DNA of 64,000 nucleotides from an uncultured Acidimicrobiia bacterium (GTDB lineage: Bacteria; Acidobacteriota; Terriglobia; Versatilivoradales; Versatilivoraceae). The notes under the pieces are model-generated. The model did no database searches. It saw only the letters and a list, made by a program, of their open reading frames with translations, and was not told where the DNA came from. This document shows, piece after piece, positions 46,101 through 56,912 of this stretch (position 1 is the stretch's first letter; the number at the start of each line of letters is the position of its first letter). The position numbers and the translations under genes were made by a program. The stretch lies in contig CAWBAT010000004.1 of the NCBI GenBank assembly GCA_963786955.1, positions 64,001 through 128,000 on the forward strand, written 5' to 3'.

Positions 46101-46796
46101 TTACTTTTCAAACAAGACCTGATCGACTGAAATTCCAGGTCCCATGGTCGAACTGATAAAAATACTGCGGACGTATTTTCCCTTTGTCGCAGCCGGTTTC
46201 GCCTTCATGACTGATTCAATGAGCGTCCTGGCATTGTCGAGGAGCTTCTCGCTCGTGAAAGATGCTTTACCAAGAGGCGTGTGGATGATTGAGGTTTTGT
46301 CCACGCGGAATTCCACCTTGCCCGCCTTGATCTCCTGGATCGCCTTCGCCAGGTCAAAGGTCACTGTCCCCGTCTTGGGATTGGGCATAAGGCCCTTGGG
46401 GCCCAGGATCTTCCCCAATCTCCCAACAGATTTCATCATATCGGGTGTGGCAATCAAAGCATCGAAGTCGAGCCAGCCTTCCTGCTGGATCTTGGCGACC
46501 AGTTCTTCGCCGCCGGCGAAATCGGCTCCCGCCAGTTCCGCTTCTTTGATCTTCTCACCTGCAGCAATCACGCAGACTTTTTTCATCTTGCCCAATCCAT
46601 GGGGCAGGACTACGGTCCCGCGCACCATCTGGTCAGCGTGCTTGGGGTCGACGCCCAATCGCAGCGCGATTTCCACCGTCTCATCAAACTTGGCTGTGGC
46701 TAACTTTTTCACCAGAGGAATCGCCTCTTCCAGTTTATACACCTTGTTCTCGACTAGGCTCTTAGCCTTCTTAAATCGCTTTCCAACTCGCCCCAT
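46101..46796 (-). CDS. rplA: 50S ribosomal protein L1
   Basis: [40 protein letters not shown]. Confidence 0.98.
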   Translation of the reverse strand: MGRVGKRFKKAKSLVENKVYKLEEAIPLVKKLATAKFDETVEIALRLGVDPKHADQMVRGTVVLPHGLGKMKKVCVIAAGEKIKEAELAGADFAGGEELVAKIQQEGWLDFDALIATPDMMKSVGRLGKILGPKGLMPNPKTGTVTFDLAKAIQEIKAGKVEFRVDKTSIIHTPLGKASFTSEKLLDNARTLIESVMKAKPAATKGKYVRSIFISSTMGPGISVDQVLFEK

Positions 46797-46809
46797 AATC
46801 GCTCCCTCA

Positions 46810-47241
46810 TTAACTGACAATATCGATGCCCATGCTGCGGGCGGTACCCTTGACAATCTTGACTGCCGCATCCAAGTTAAAGGCATTCAGGTCAGGCATC
46901 TTGAGCTTGGCAATTTCCTCCACCTGCTTTTCCGTCACCTTCCCCACTTTGCTTTTGTTGGGCTCACCGGATCCTTTGGCAATTCCGCAAGCTCTCTTCA
47001 ATAGAATTGAAGCGGGCGGGGTTTTGGTAACAAAGGAATACGACCGGTCCGCATAAACAGTGATGACAACAGGGATGATCAGGCCTTCCTGGTCTTTTGC
47101 CGAGGTCCTGGCATTGAACGCCTTGCAAAAATCCATGATATTCACACTGTGCTGCCCCAAGGCCGGACCCACCGGCGGCGCAGGCGTCGCTTTCCCGGCT
47201 GGAATTTGTAACTTCACGTAAGCCACTACTTTCTTAGCCAT
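46810..47241 (-). CDS. rplK: 50S ribosomal protein L11
   Basis: [33 protein letters not shown]. Confidence 0.98.
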   Translation of the reverse strand: MAKKVVAYVKLQIPAGKATPAPPVGPALGQHSVNIMDFCKAFNARTSAKDQEGLIIPVVITVYADRSYSFVTKTPPASILLKRACGIAKGSGEPNKSKVGKVTEKQVEEIAKLKMPDLNAFNLDAAVKIVKGTARSMGIDIVS

Positions 47242-47287
47242 TCAACAATCTCCGCCTTCATTCTTTATCTATTGTAACAGGCTCCCA

Positions 47288-47818
47288 CTAAACTTTTTCA
47301 ACTTGCAAAAAGTCTAATTCAACCGGAGTTTGCCGGCCGAAAATAGTGACCATGACTTTCAATGTATTCCGGTCTGGATTCATCTCATCGACGGTCCCGG
47401 TGAAGGTGTTAAAAGGTCCGTCAATAATCTTCACGGATTCACCCCGCTCAAAGCTCATCTCCACCTTCGGCTTTTCCGCGGTCACTTCAGCATGATGAAT
47501 GATCTGATCGACTTCCTGCTGGCTTAAAGGGGAAGGTTTCTGTCCCGAACCAACAAATCCTGTCACGCGCGGCGTGTTCCGGACAATATGCCACGCCTTG
47601 TCGCTCATTTCCATCTCTACCAGGACATACCCTGGAAACGTCATTTTTGAACTCGTTACCCGCTTTCCACCTTTCATTTCTACGACATCTTCGGTGGGGA
47701 CAATGAGTTGCCCAAACTCTTCCTCGACTCCAAAGGCCTGGATCCGGCTTTGCAGACTTTCGGAGACTTTACGCTCAAACCCTGAATACGTATGTACGAT
47801 GAACCACTGCTTTGCCAT
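47288..47818 (-). CDS. nusG: Transcription termination/antitermination factor NusG
   Basis: [47 protein letters not shown]. Confidence 0.98.
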   Translation of the reverse strand: MAKQWFIVHTYSGFERKVSESLQSRIQAFGVEEEFGQLIVPTEDVVEMKGGKRVTSSKMTFPGYVLVEMEMSDKAWHIVRNTPRVTGFVGSGQKPSPLSQQEVDQIIHHAEVTAEKPKVEMSFERGESVKIIDGPFNTFTGTVDEMNPDRNTLKVMVTIFGRQTPVELDFLQVEKV

Positions 47819-47899
47819 GAATTTCCGCTCGCCCTGTGCCGCCGTGACACTTCCGTGTCAGCAGCCGGGATCTATTGAGTGATGAGAAAAACTGAAAGC

Positions 47900-48109
47900 C
47901 TACTTAAACAGCTTGAAAATAGATTCTACACCCTTCTGGAGCACCACATCGATGAGGCCCAGATAGGCTCCGAAAAAAAAGACCGCAAAAACGACCACTA
48001 CCGTCGTGCCGTAGACTTCTCGCCTCCCAGGCCATGAAACCTTCCGCATCTCAAGTCGAACTTCGATAAAGAATTGCTTAATCTGAGCAAACTTGAGTTT
48101 TTCCAGCAA
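47900..48109 (-). CDS. secE: Preprotein translocase subunit SecE
   Basis: EVRLEMRKVSWP plus a TM helix; lies between tRNA-Trp and nusG. Confidence 0.95.
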   Translation of the reverse strand: MLEKLKFAQIKQFFIEVRLEMRKVSWPGRREVYGTTVVVVFAVFFFGAYLGLIDVVLQKGVESIFKLFK

Positions 48110-48143
48110 TGAAAAGCCTCCGGTGATTCATTGATCAGTGATT

Positions 48144-48220
48144 TGGCAGGCCAGGAGGGACTCGAACCCCCAACATCCGGTTTTGGAGACCGGCGCTCTA
48201 CCAATTCGAGCTACTGGCCT
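48144..48220 (-). tRNA. tRNA-Trp (CCA)
   Basis: AGGCCAGTAGCTCGAATTGGTAGAGCGCCGGTCTCCAAAACCGGATGTTGGGGGTTCGAGTCCCTCCTGGCCTGCCA. Confidence 0.96.
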
Positions 48221-48238
48221 ATGTTTCTCTATAACGGG

Positions 48239-48388
48239 TTATTTTGTTTCCTTATGAACTGTGTGCGATCTACACGAACCGCAGAACTTCTTAAACTCGA
48301 GTCGTTCTGTCGTCTTCTTCTTATTTTTTGTGGTTGAGTAGTTTCGCCGCTTACACTCGGTACATTGAAGGGTAACGATATCTCGCAT
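48239..48388 (-). CDS. rpmG: 50S ribosomal protein L33 (Zn-binding type)
   Basis: Manual translation [49 protein letters not shown] (below the ORF-track cutoff). Confidence 0.96.
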   Translation of the reverse strand: MRDIVTLQCTECKRRNYSTTKNKKKTTERLEFKKFCGSCRSHTVHKETK

Positions 48389-48483
48389 TTCCGCTTTCCC
48401 GGTCTTCCTTTATTTCTAGGTCTTAAAGTCTTGCCCGTGGTTCGGTTTTTGGCCGTCACGGGCCGAATTCTTGCTCACGCGTC

Positions 48484-49671
<1,188 letters not shown>

Positions 49672-49766
49672 CGCTGTGTCTCCTTAACTACGCTAGTCGA
49701 TTAATGCTTGAATCTAAAATCGCCGTAATGGTTCTCAACTTCGCCCGCCCTCATAAGCATGAAAAC

Positions 49767-49843
49767 TGGAGCCCACGACCAGGCTTGAACTGGTGACCTC
49801 GTCCTTACCAAGGACGCGCTCGTACCAACTGAGCTACGTGGGC
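49767..49843 (-). tRNA. tRNA-Thr (GGT)
   Basis: GCCCACGTAGCTCAGTTGG...GTCCTTGGTAAGGAC...GGTTCAAGCC...GTGGGCTCCA. Confidence 0.95.
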
Positions 49844-49851
49844 CCGCTTGA

Positions 49852-49926
49852 TGGAGCGGGAGACGGGGATCGAACCCGCGACCAACAGCTTGGAAGGCTG
49901 TGACTCTACCACTGAGTTACTCCCGC
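49852..49926 (-). tRNA. tRNA-Gly (TCC)
   Basis: GCGGGAGTAACTCAGTGGTAGAGTCACAGCCTTCCAAGCTG...GGTTCGATCCCCGTCTCCCGCTCCA. Confidence 0.96.
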
Positions 49927-50036
49927 CCAAGTCAAAAAAAATATTCCAAACCAGGCAATTCTCTCAAACCTCTTGAGCAGCAAAGCAAAAAAACGATTGC
50001 ACTGGATTTGATATTCGTGAAGAGCTCCTGCTCTGA

Positions 50037-50125
50037 TGGTGGAGAGAGGAGGATTCGAACCTCCGTAGCTCGCAAGGAGCGGCAGATTTACAGTCTGCTG
50101 CCATTAACCACTCGGCCATCTCTCC
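50037..50125 (-). tRNA. tRNA-Tyr (GTA)
   Basis: GGAGAGATGGCCGAGTGG...GCAGACTGTAAATCTGC, long variable arm, GGTTCGAATCC...TCTCTCCACCA. Confidence 0.96.
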
Positions 50126-50159
50126 AAGTCCTGCGTCGAATGGCCTCGAATCGAGTGCC

Positions 50160-50235
50160 TGGAGCTGGCGAAGGGACTTGAACCCCCGACCCGCTGATTA
50201 CAAATCAGCTGCTCTACCAACTGAGCTACGCCAGC
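50160..50235 (-). tRNA. tRNA-Thr (TGT)
   Basis: GCTGGCGTAGCTCAGTTGGTAGAGCAGCTGATTTGTAATCAGC...GGTTCAAGTCC...GCCAGCTCCA; Thr-Tyr-Gly-Thr-tuf layout. Confidence 0.96.
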
Positions 50236-50252
50236 CCGTTGACAAAATGCAG

Positions 50253-50281
50253 AATTTAACAGAAAGAGAAAAATTACGCAA
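50253..50281 (-). promoter_or_regulatory. sigma70 promoter of the tRNA-tuf operon
   Basis: Minus strand TTGCGT-N17-TAAATT with an extended -10 TG, 17 nt upstream of tRNA-Thr. Confidence 0.7.
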
Positions 50282-50394
50282 GTGGTAATTTCCTCTTAAA
50301 CCTAAGAAGAAATTCCAGCCTGTGGCCTAATCAGGAAAAAGCTGGAACAATCCTCCTCCAGAACCGGGTGAAGGAAGAATTATCGGTCCGGGGG

Positions 50395-51174
50395 CTAGTT
50401 TTTGCTTGGGGGATTCCTCCTTCCGGATCTCTGCCGCAGCACTTCATAGAGAACCACCCCGGCGGCGACGGAAACATTCAAAGAATGAATCTTCCCAGGG
50501 GTGGGAATCGAGACCAAAAAATCACAGGTTTCGCGGACAAGGCGACGGATCCCTTTCCCTTCATTCCCGAAAACCAGGGCTAACGGCATCTGATAGTCAA
50601 GTTCATCATATTGCTTCTTCTGCTCTGATTCGACCCCGACAATCCAGATCCCTTTCTCCTTTATTTCCTTCATCGCGTTGACCAGGTTACTCACCCGAGC
50701 AACTTGAACATGATCGAGGGCTCCCGCAGCAGTTTTGGCTACCGTTGAAGTTAGCCCTGTAGAGTGATCCTTAGGAAGGATGACCCCCTCGACACCGCTT
50801 GCGGCGCAAGTCCTGATAATCGCGCCCAAATTCCTGGGGTCTTCAATGGAATCCAATACGACCAAAGTCGGGCAGGCTGACAGACTTTCGAAAATATCTT
50901 CAATATCCTTATACTTTTGAGCGGAACAGACGGCCAAGACCCCCTGGTGGGAAGCTCCATTCGTCTGTCGCTCGAAATAGGCCCCCGGCTCGAATCTGAC
51001 AGGAATCCCCTTTTGGCGGCACAGATGGACTATTTCGGAGACGATTCGACTGGAAGCTGTTTTCTGGATATAGATTTTCTCAACACTACGGGCTCCGGAT
51101 TTCAGACACTCCAATACGGGATGAATCCCATAAATTTCGTCCCCTTCCTCCGAAGATCGCGGACCACCCGCCAC
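50395..51174 (-). CDS. rlmB: 23S rRNA (guanosine-2'-O)-methyltransferase RlmB (SpoU/TrmH family)
   Basis: IYGIHPV, HQGVLA, LDSIEDPRNLGAIIRT, FGNEGKG, SLNVSVAAGVVLYE. Confidence 0.95.
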   Translation of the reverse strand: MAGGPRSSEEGDEIYGIHPVLECLKSGARSVEKIYIQKTASSRIVSEIVHLCRQKGIPVRFEPGAYFERQTNGASHQGVLAVCSAQKYKDIEDIFESLSACPTLVVLDSIEDPRNLGAIIRTCAASGVEGVILPKDHSTGLTSTVAKTAAGALDHVQVARVSNLVNAMKEIKEKGIWIVGVESEQKKQYDELDYQMPLALVFGNEGKGIRRLVRETCDFLVSIPTPGKIHSLNVSVAAGVVLYEVLRQRSGRRNPPSKN

Positions 51175-51185
51175 GGATGCCTCCT

Positions 51186-52685
51186 TTATGACAGTAAGTC
51201 AATTTCTGCCAGGAAACTCGAAACCCTTTCCTGGCAATTTTGGATCGGTTTGGGAAGTGACAGGCGATTCCCTTCCTCTATTATAGGAACCAATTTATCG
51301 AGTTCCGGACCTGACTCCGTTCCGGTTAGTACAACTCGGATCGGGTGGAAGAGGTGTTTCCCTTTCCTGCCGCTCTTGCTCTTTACTCCGGCCACAATCT
51401 CTTTCCAATTTTCCACAACTCGTCCGGCTCTTGAAGCCAGTTCGTCATGGAGCGCCTGAATGACTTCCCGCGCTCCTTCAGTTCCAATAACTTCTTTAAC
51501 TGATTGTACTTCCAGCGATTTTTTCGGGTCGAATTCAAAAATCAGGGAGACTTTGGCTGGAAATTCGCTCAAATGATCGACGCCTCCCAAAAACGCATCC
51601 GTCAGCTTCGGAATCCATTCCCGAAGTCTTCCGTCCAGCTCTCCAAGTAGTCCACTTTGTTGGAGATAGGGGATCACGAGCTCAACGATTCGGGCCGGAC
51701 TGGAGGCTGCGAGATAGTGTCGATTAATCCAATAGAGTTTGGTCAAATCAAACACAGCCGGGCTTTTTGAAACGTGCCTTAAGTCAAAGGATTGAATTAA
51801 CTGCTCTATGGGCAAAATTTCATTCTGCCCCTCCGCAGGGGCCCAACCCAGCAGAGCCAAATAATTCACCAAGGCTTCAGGGAGGATCCCCATGTCCATA
51901 AGGTTTTTAATCGATGTGGCTCCATGCCGCTTGCTCAAACGGGTATGATCGCTTCCTAGTATTGTGGAGAGGTGAGCAAATTCGGGGACTCGCCAGCCAA
52001 AGGCCTCATAAATCAAGACTTGTTTCGGCGTATTCGAGAGATGATCATCGCCACGGATCACATGGGTGATCTCCATCAAAGCATCATCAACCACAACCGC
52101 ATAGTTGTATGTGGGTAGTCCGCTGGAACGAATCAAGATCAGATCGCTGATCACATCGCTCGAAAACTCCATCGGTCCATGGACGACGGATTGAAACCGG
52201 ATCGGACCGGAACGGGTCTTCAATCGAACGACGGCAGGCTGATTGGTTTGTAGTCGGCGAGAAACTTCATCGGCCGAAAGTTTGAGGCATGTTCCCGGAT
52301 ACTTCCAGGTAATCCCGGCTTGTTTGGCTTGCTCGGCCTGAAGTCCCAATTCTTCTTCCGAGCAAAAACAGTAATAGGCTTTGGCTTCAGCCACTAACTG
52401 AATGGCTTTTTCCTGGTAAAGACGTAACCGATCGCTTTGTCGATAAGGCCCTAGACTCCCTCCCCTATCGGGCCCTTCTTGCCACTCCATGCCAAGCCAG
52501 CGCAAATCCTCATAGATGAGCTCCTCAAAGCGCTGCTCGGAGCGGGATAAATCGGTGTCTTCAATGCGCAGAATAAAATCCCCACTGGTTTTGCGGACAA
52601 AGAGCCAATTAAAAATTGCGGTGCGGGCGTTGCCCACATGTAGATGTCCTGTGGGGCTGGGAGCAAAACGGACGCGCACGTGCAT
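51186..52685 (-). CDS. gltX: Glutamate--tRNA ligase
   Basis: RVRFAPSPTGHLHVGN (HIGH-like), LRIEDTD, ITHVIRGDDH, RLSKR (KMSKS-like), anticodon domain PIRVVLTG..SGPEL. Confidence 0.96.
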   Translation of the reverse strand: MHVRVRFAPSPTGHLHVGNARTAIFNWLFVRKTSGDFILRIEDTDLSRSEQRFEELIYEDLRWLGMEWQEGPDRGGSLGPYRQSDRLRLYQEKAIQLVAEAKAYYCFCSEEELGLQAEQAKQAGITWKYPGTCLKLSADEVSRRLQTNQPAVVRLKTRSGPIRFQSVVHGPMEFSSDVISDLILIRSSGLPTYNYAVVVDDALMEITHVIRGDDHLSNTPKQVLIYEAFGWRVPEFAHLSTILGSDHTRLSKRHGATSIKNLMDMGILPEALVNYLALLGWAPAEGQNEILPIEQLIQSFDLRHVSKSPAVFDLTKLYWINRHYLAASSPARIVELVIPYLQQSGLLGELDGRLREWIPKLTDAFLGGVDHLSEFPAKVSLIFEFDPKKSLEVQSVKEVIGTEGAREVIQALHDELASRAGRVVENWKEIVAGVKSKSGRKGKHLFHPIRVVLTGTESGPELDKLVPIIEEGNRLSLPKPIQNCQERVSSFLAEIDLLS

Positions 52686-53184
52686 GATTTCCTTTCTCTT
52701 TCAACCAAACGAATGATGTTGCCCCCTCCATGTTACTACAAGCGTCCAGATGATCCAACGTCTCGTGCGATTCCCGGTAGCTCCTAACTAGTCCCCCCTT
52801 TCTTGAATAAGCCCCTCCACTCGTCCCCCTTTTTTTCAAGGTGGGACTTCAGGGGGGTGGGTCGGTCACCACATCGAATCGTCTTTTGATTCGCCGTGGG
52901 CTTTTGGTATGCGTTAATTGAATCCCATAAGGCCAACTATCGACGACCTATGTTGAAGAATCTTTCCAATCCCTCTTTGAAGGGGAGCGGGGTATGTCTC
53001 TATCAAATCTTGCTCAGTGCGGATATTATAGTGCCGTGTCCGGAAGATTTCCCTCATCTGGTCAAGGAGCTTGGGTTTTTGATCTATGGTTGCGCAAATA
53101 GACAGAATTTTGAGGATGGGAATAGGAAGAATTTTTTCTATCTATTACAATGTGCTGAAAATAGCAATATCTTTTTGATATTTT

Positions 53185-53265
53185 TTGACTTAAGAAAGGG
53201 TTTGACTCATACTTCAGAGGGCAAATAAACAGAAAACTTGCCAATATTGCAGAGTGCGATATTCT
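53185..53265 (+). promoter_or_regulatory. Candidate cassette-array promoters (Pc-like)
   Basis: TTGACT-N17-CATACT (53185-53213) and TTGCCA-N16-TATTCT (53238-53265) in AT-rich DNA pointing into the array. Confidence 0.55.
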
Positions 53266-53284
53266 GCTTAATCATTAGTTAGAC
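53266..53284 (+). other. attI-like integron recombination site
   Basis: GCTTAAT-CATTA-GTTAGAC = L box, 5-bp spacer, GTTRRRY, the geometry of the attI1 simple site; no attC hairpin upstream; GTTAGAC complements the first attC start GTCTAAC. Confidence 0.7.
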
Positions 53285-53295
53285 GGAGAGATGAT

Positions 53296-53844
53296 ATGGT
53301 GAGATGGACCGAGAATCGACCAGTTATTCTCACGTTTCTCGGTGCGTTGGGAGTCGGTGCATTTGGAGTTGCTTCTATCCATTCAGGTGTCCCATCACGT
53401 TTTTCGCCGTTGAGCGCATCGGTTACGATCGTCGCTATGCTTCTCACGGACTGGCTGACGACGCATATCACCTCAGGTCCGATGCACCATGTCATCTTGT
53501 AGTTCGTCGCAGTTATTCCTGTGACTTTGGCCTTTGTTGCGTGGTCGTATTTGCTGTTCAAGGGTCAGGAAGCCACACCTCGTCGCTCGTTGGTGCTCTT
53601 CATCATTCTTGCAGTTCTCTCGGCAATTGACCTCAGCTCAGGCTGGCACTACGGTTTGAAGTACCACGGCTTAGTACACACGATCATAGTGGTTGGATAT
53701 AACCTGCTGGCAATCGGATGCCTTATCTTGGTCTACCGCGCCAATCGGAGAGCGCCGCGATTCTCGTTGAACCTAGCCTTTCACGCCGGCCTTTTTTCGT
53801 GGCTCGCTTGGTGTGCTTTCCCCTGGCTCGGAGAATTACCTTGA
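53296..53844 (+). pseudogene. Cassette 1: membrane protein split by an in-frame TAG (53500-53502)
   Basis: ORFs 53296-53502 and 53521-53844 share a frame, are both hydrophobic and are separated only by the TAG; GGAGA RBS. Confidence 0.7.
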
Positions 53845-53848
53845 TTCC

Positions 53849-53916
53849 GTCTAACGCTGCATCCAGCCGACCCGCCGCCAAAAGCAGCGGCGGGCGGCTG
53901 ATGCCGAGCGTTAGGC
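53849..53916 (+). other. attC site 1
   Basis: GTCTAAC GCTGCATCCAGCCGACCCGCCGC-CAAAAGCA-GCGGCGGGCGGCTGATGCCGAGC GTTAGGC. Confidence 0.92.
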
Positions 53917-53945
53917 GGCTTAACAACCGGCGGCGGAGGTAGCAG

Positions 53946-54341
53946 ATGGGACCTGATGAACGAGAAATCCGCGAGGTTCATTCGACCTGGATCAATGCCG
54001 TCAATGCCGGCGATCTGGTCCGCTTGCTCACGTTGATGGCGGACGATGTCGTGTTCCTCAGTCCGGGCCAAGCGCCGTTCGGCCGGGATGGATTCTCCGC
54101 CAACTTCTCGGCCGCGCACCAACAGGTTCGGATCCGTTGCAGCAGCGAGTTGGAAGAGGTCGTAGTCATCGGCGAAGTCGCGTACACGCGGAGCCGGGAC
54201 GCGTTGTCGGTGACCCCGCGCGCAGGCGGGGAAGCGACGCAGCTCGCCGGTCATCGGATCACGGTATACCGCAAACAGCTCGACGGCCGCTGGCTCTTGG
54301 CCCGCGATGCCCATACTCTGTCCCCGGTTGAGAGAACCTGA
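53946..54341 (+). CDS. Cassette 2: SnoaL-like/NTF2 (DUF4440/YybH-type) protein
   Basis: EIREVHSTWINAVNAGD...MADDVVFL..PG....GRD, YRKQLDGRWLLARD; GGAGG RBS. Confidence 0.88.
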   Translation: MGPDEREIREVHSTWINAVNAGDLVRLLTLMADDVVFLSPGQAPFGRDGFSANFSAAHQQVRIRCSSELEEVVVIGEVAYTRSRDALSVTPRAGGEATQLAGHRITVYRKQLDGRWLLARDAHTLSPVERT

Positions 54342-54383
54342 TGGCTCCATGTTCTACATGATACGGTGGAATGTTCCCATGCC

Positions 54384-54505
54384 GCCTAACGAAAGGGTGC
54401 AGCCTACCACGGCCAGCGGCTTCTTTCATAGGCATTGCCAAATTCAACAGCATTCTTTGTTTTAACTTTATTCTGGCCGTGGCGGCTAACCCCAAGCGGT
54501 TAGCC
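54384..54505 (+). other. attC site 2 (long, 122 bp)
   Basis: GCCTAAC GAAAGGGTGCAGCCTACCACGGCCAG...CTGGCCGTGGCGGCTAACCCCAAGCG GTTAGCC. Confidence 0.85.
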
Positions 54506-54556
54506 AGTCCTGGCTTGAAACGTCCGTTTATGATTCCGATCGACACCGCCATTCTC

Positions 54557-54575
54557 TGACGGGTATATAATGTCA
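54557..54575 (+). promoter_or_regulatory. TA cassette promoter -10 box with a flanking inverted repeat (candidate operator)
   Basis: TGAC-GGGTA-TATAAT-GTCA. Confidence 0.5.
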
Positions 54576-54615
54576 CTAGAGTTGGTTTATCGAAACAATG
54601 GAGGGAGCACCAGTA

Positions 54616-54807
54616 ATGACTTCTTTACATGAGCAGTTCGTGATTGACGCCAAGGGCAAGAAGACTGGAGTCATTTTGTCGCTCAGACGGTATCAGAAAT
54701 TGATGGAAGACTTGCATGACTTGGCAAGAGTTGCCGAGCGTCGATTCGAAGACCCGATTCCTTTGGAGGAGATGAAGCGACGGTTGACAAGAGATGGCAA
54801 CTCATAG
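54616..54807 (+). CDS. Cassette 3: putative type II antitoxin
   Basis: QFVIDAKGKKTGVILS...YQKLMEDLHDL...AERRFEDPIPLEEMKRRL; overlaps a RelE-like gene. Confidence 0.8.
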   Translation: MTSLHEQFVIDAKGKKTGVILSLRRYQKLMEDLHDLARVAERRFEDPIPLEEMKRRLTRDGNS

Positions 54808-55059
54808 AGCCCTTCTGAAGCCATCTGTCGAGAAAGACCTGCGTCCATTGTCGAAATCGATGGTGGCGCGAATAATGAAGCGCATCGAAGCACTGGGTGA
54901 TGACCCGTTTCCAGACCAGTCAATCAAGTTGGCGGGGACGGAACAGTTATACCGGCTACGTATCGGAGATTATCGCGTTGTCTACGTGTTGACAAAGCAG
55001 CCATGCAGGTAATCGTTCACTACGTTCGGCATCGCCGAGAGGTCTATCGTAGAGTTTGA
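54794..55059 (+). pseudogene. Cassette 3: RelE/ParE family toxin with a 1-bp frameshift near 54986
   Basis: LLKPSVEKDL...RIEALGDDPFP..SIKLAG...YRLRIGDYRVVY; the typical C-terminus VDKAAMQVIVHYVRHRREVYRRV* is in another frame. Confidence 0.85.
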
Positions 55060-55077
55060 AACCATGCCGCCCGACTT

Positions 55078-55146
55078 GGCTAACAAATCGCTGGAGCGGA
55101 TGCCCGCCAAAAGCGGCGGGCACCGCTCAGCTCTCGCTCGTTAGCC
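55078..55146 (+). other. attC site 3
   Basis: GGCTAAC AAATCGCTGGAGCGGATGCCCGCC-AAAAGC-GGCGGGCACCGCTCAGCTCTCGCTC GTTAGCC. Confidence 0.92.
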
Positions 55147-55166
55147 AGCCGACTTTTGATTCCGTC

Positions 55167-55721
55167 ATGAAGACACAACGCAAGATCATCGTCTACATCG
55201 CGACCAGCGCTGACGGGTACATTGCCAGGCCGGACGGGGACGTCGAATGGCTCAATCGGCGACCTCGCAACGTCGATTACGGCATGAAGGAGTTCTATCG
55301 GACCATCGACACAATCCTTTGGGGTCGCAAGACCTACGACTGGCTTCTGAATTACTACAAGGAGCGCGGCAAGACCAAAGGCCTCTTCGACACGAAACTT
55401 GCGAACTATGTGTTTTCGCGGAAGCCACCCAAACGCCCCGCTCCAGGCGTGCAATTCGTATCGGAGCCCGTGGAGGCGTTCGCGCAGCGTCTGCGGGCAA
55501 CTCCGGGCAAACAAATCTGGATGATGGGCGGCGCCGGCCTGATCGCCTCTTTCCTGGACGCTGGCGAGATCGACGAGTTCGACATCCATGTGATGCCGCT
55601 CTTCATCGGCGAAGGTATTCCGCTCGTGGCGCCGCGTCATCGGGATGTGCCGCTTCGCTTGCGCTCGTCCAAGAAGTACACGGACGGTGTCGTTCGACTG
55701 CGGTATGAAGTTGGGCGGTAA
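55167..55721 (+). CDS. Cassette 4: dihydrofolate reductase-like (RibD C-terminal domain) protein
   Basis: YIATSADGYIA, ILWGRKTYD, IWMMGGAGL, IDEF..H.MP..IGEGIPL. Confidence 0.92.
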   Translation: MKTQRKIIVYIATSADGYIARPDGDVEWLNRRPRNVDYGMKEFYRTIDTILWGRKTYDWLLNYYKERGKTKGLFDTKLANYVFSRKPPKRPAPGVQFVSEPVEAFAQRLRATPGKQIWMMGGAGLIASFLDAGEIDEFDIHVMPLFIGEGIPLVAPRHRDVPLRLRSSKKYTDGVVRLRYEVGR

Positions 55722-55769
55722 CAGCATCGGCGTGAACGCCGCCAGAGTCGTCGAAAACCGCGACTGGCT

Positions 55770-55832
55770 GGCTAACCCGCGTTTACATCCGACCGCCAAA
55801 AAGCGCGGCGGGTGAAGCGCAATTCGTTAGCC
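55770..55832 (+). other. attC site 4
   Basis: GGCTAAC CCGCGTTTACATCCGACCGCCAAAAAGCGCGGCGGGTGAAGCGCAATTC GTTAGCC. Confidence 0.9.
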
Positions 55833-55856
55833 GCCTAAGAAAGGTCAGGTGCTCGG

Positions 55857-56450
55857 GTGGACGTGGTTGACTGGCGACCGGAACTCATGAACGCAACGAT
55901 CAACGTCTTGTCGCGTGCGTTTGCCAAGAATCCAATTCATCTTGCGGCCTTTGGAGCCGACTCCGTCGTTGAACGAAACCGGGTGTTCTTTCGGGTTGGA
56001 CTCGCGCTGTTTCGCGGCCGTCGGCTGGTTGCGATGGAAGGGCCGAAGGTGGTTGGCTTCATGCACTGGGTCGAATCCCCGGGATGCCAGTTCTCTCTAG
56101 GGCAGAAAGTCCGTTTTGTTCCATCAATGCTTCGTGGCTTCGGGCTCCGGTCTACGCTTCGCGTCAGTTCGTGGCTCGCGGCGTGGGCTCAGAACGATGC
56201 CGCCGGTCTTCATTGGCACTTTGGACCAATCGGCGTTGATCCAGAGGTCCAGGGCAAGGGAGTTGGTCGACTTCTAATGACCATCTATTGCTCGGCGCTC
56301 GACGGACAGTTGGCATCTGGATTTCTCGAGACAGACAAGGCTGAGAACGTGGCTTTCTACAGGAGATTCGGCTTTGAAGTCGTCAAAGAGGTTCAGGTCA
56401 TCGGGACGACGACGTTCTTCATGGCCCGAAGTAGCACATGGCGCAGCTGA
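55857..56450 (+). CDS. Cassette 5: GNAT N-acetyltransferase
   Basis: HWHFGPIGVDPEVQGKGVGRLLM, FLET...NVAFYRRFGF. Confidence 0.9.
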   Translation: MDVVDWRPELMNATINVLSRAFAKNPIHLAAFGADSVVERNRVFFRVGLALFRGRRLVAMEGPKVVGFMHWVESPGCQFSLGQKVRFVPSMLRGFGLRSTLRVSSWLAAWAQNDAAGLHWHFGPIGVDPEVQGKGVGRLLMTIYCSALDGQLASGFLETDKAENVAFYRRFGFEVVKEVQVIGTTTFFMARSSTWRS

Positions 56451-56467
56451 ACGCCGGTACGTTGGGT
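56441..56467 (+). other. attC site 5, 3' half only
   Basis: GCGCAGCTGAACGCCGGTAC GTTGGGT; no RYYYAAC or complementary arm upstream; GTTGGGT complements ACCCAAC of the next attC. Confidence 0.7.
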
Positions 56468-56487
56468 CAAAGAAAGGAGAAGAAAAA

Positions 56488-56910
56488 ATGTTTCGCAAGG
56501 TCGCATGTCTACTCGCTCTGAGCCTCATCCTTGCTGCCGTCACTGGCGTGGCAGACGACTCGGATAAGGAGAAAGCCGCGGTGGCCGCAGCGGAGAAATG
56601 GCTCGGCCTCGTTGACGAAGGCAAATACGGCGAGAGCTGGAAGGAGGCAGCAGGCTTTTTCCGAAATGCCGTCAAACAGGAGCAGTGGGAACAGTCGTTG
56701 CAGGCCGTGAGGAAGCCTCTTGGCAAGCCGATTTCCAGACAGGTGAAGACCAAGACCTACAAGACATCATTGCCTGGTGCTCCCGATGGCGAATACGTCG
56801 TGATCCAGTTCGGGACCTCGTTTGAAAACAAGAAATCGGCGATCGAAACGGTCACTCCCATGATGGGCAAGGACGGAACGTGGAGAGTTTCCGGTTACTA
56901 CATCAAATGA
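56488..56910 (+). CDS. Cassette 6: DUF4019-type exported protein
   Basis: Signal peptide; AAEKWLGLVDEGKYGESW, LPGAPDGEYVVIQF.TSFENK..AIETVT...DGTWRVSGY. Confidence 0.88.
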   Translation: MFRKVACLLALSLILAAVTGVADDSDKEKAAVAAAEKWLGLVDEGKYGESWKEAAGFFRNAVKQEQWEQSLQAVRKPLGKPISRQVKTKTYKTSLPGAPDGEYVVIQFGTSFENKKSAIETVTPMMGKDGTWRVSGYYIK

Positions 56911-56912
56911 GG

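Noticed and set aside
49815-49830. Apparent extra base in the D-arm of tRNA-Thr(GGT) (GGTACGAGC)
   Set aside because: Within D-loop length variation or a sequencing indel; the cloverleaf is otherwise normal.
53500-53502. TAG readthrough or recoding in cassette 1
   Set aside because: TAG is a normal stop elsewhere in the window and no recoding machinery is visible; a nonsense mutation or error is more likely.
52609-53561. Short ORFs (52609-52839, 52896-53228, 53062-53244, 53268-53561) as a possible integrase or remnant
   Set aside because: No tyrosine-recombinase motifs (HxLRHS, LGH..TT..Y); they read as chance ORFs over palindromic or AT-rich DNA.
55167-55721. DHFR-like cassette as a dfrA trimethoprim-resistance gene
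   Set aside because: The motifs (SADGYIA, P..IGEGIPL) fit the RibD_C/DHFR-like family rather than DfrA.
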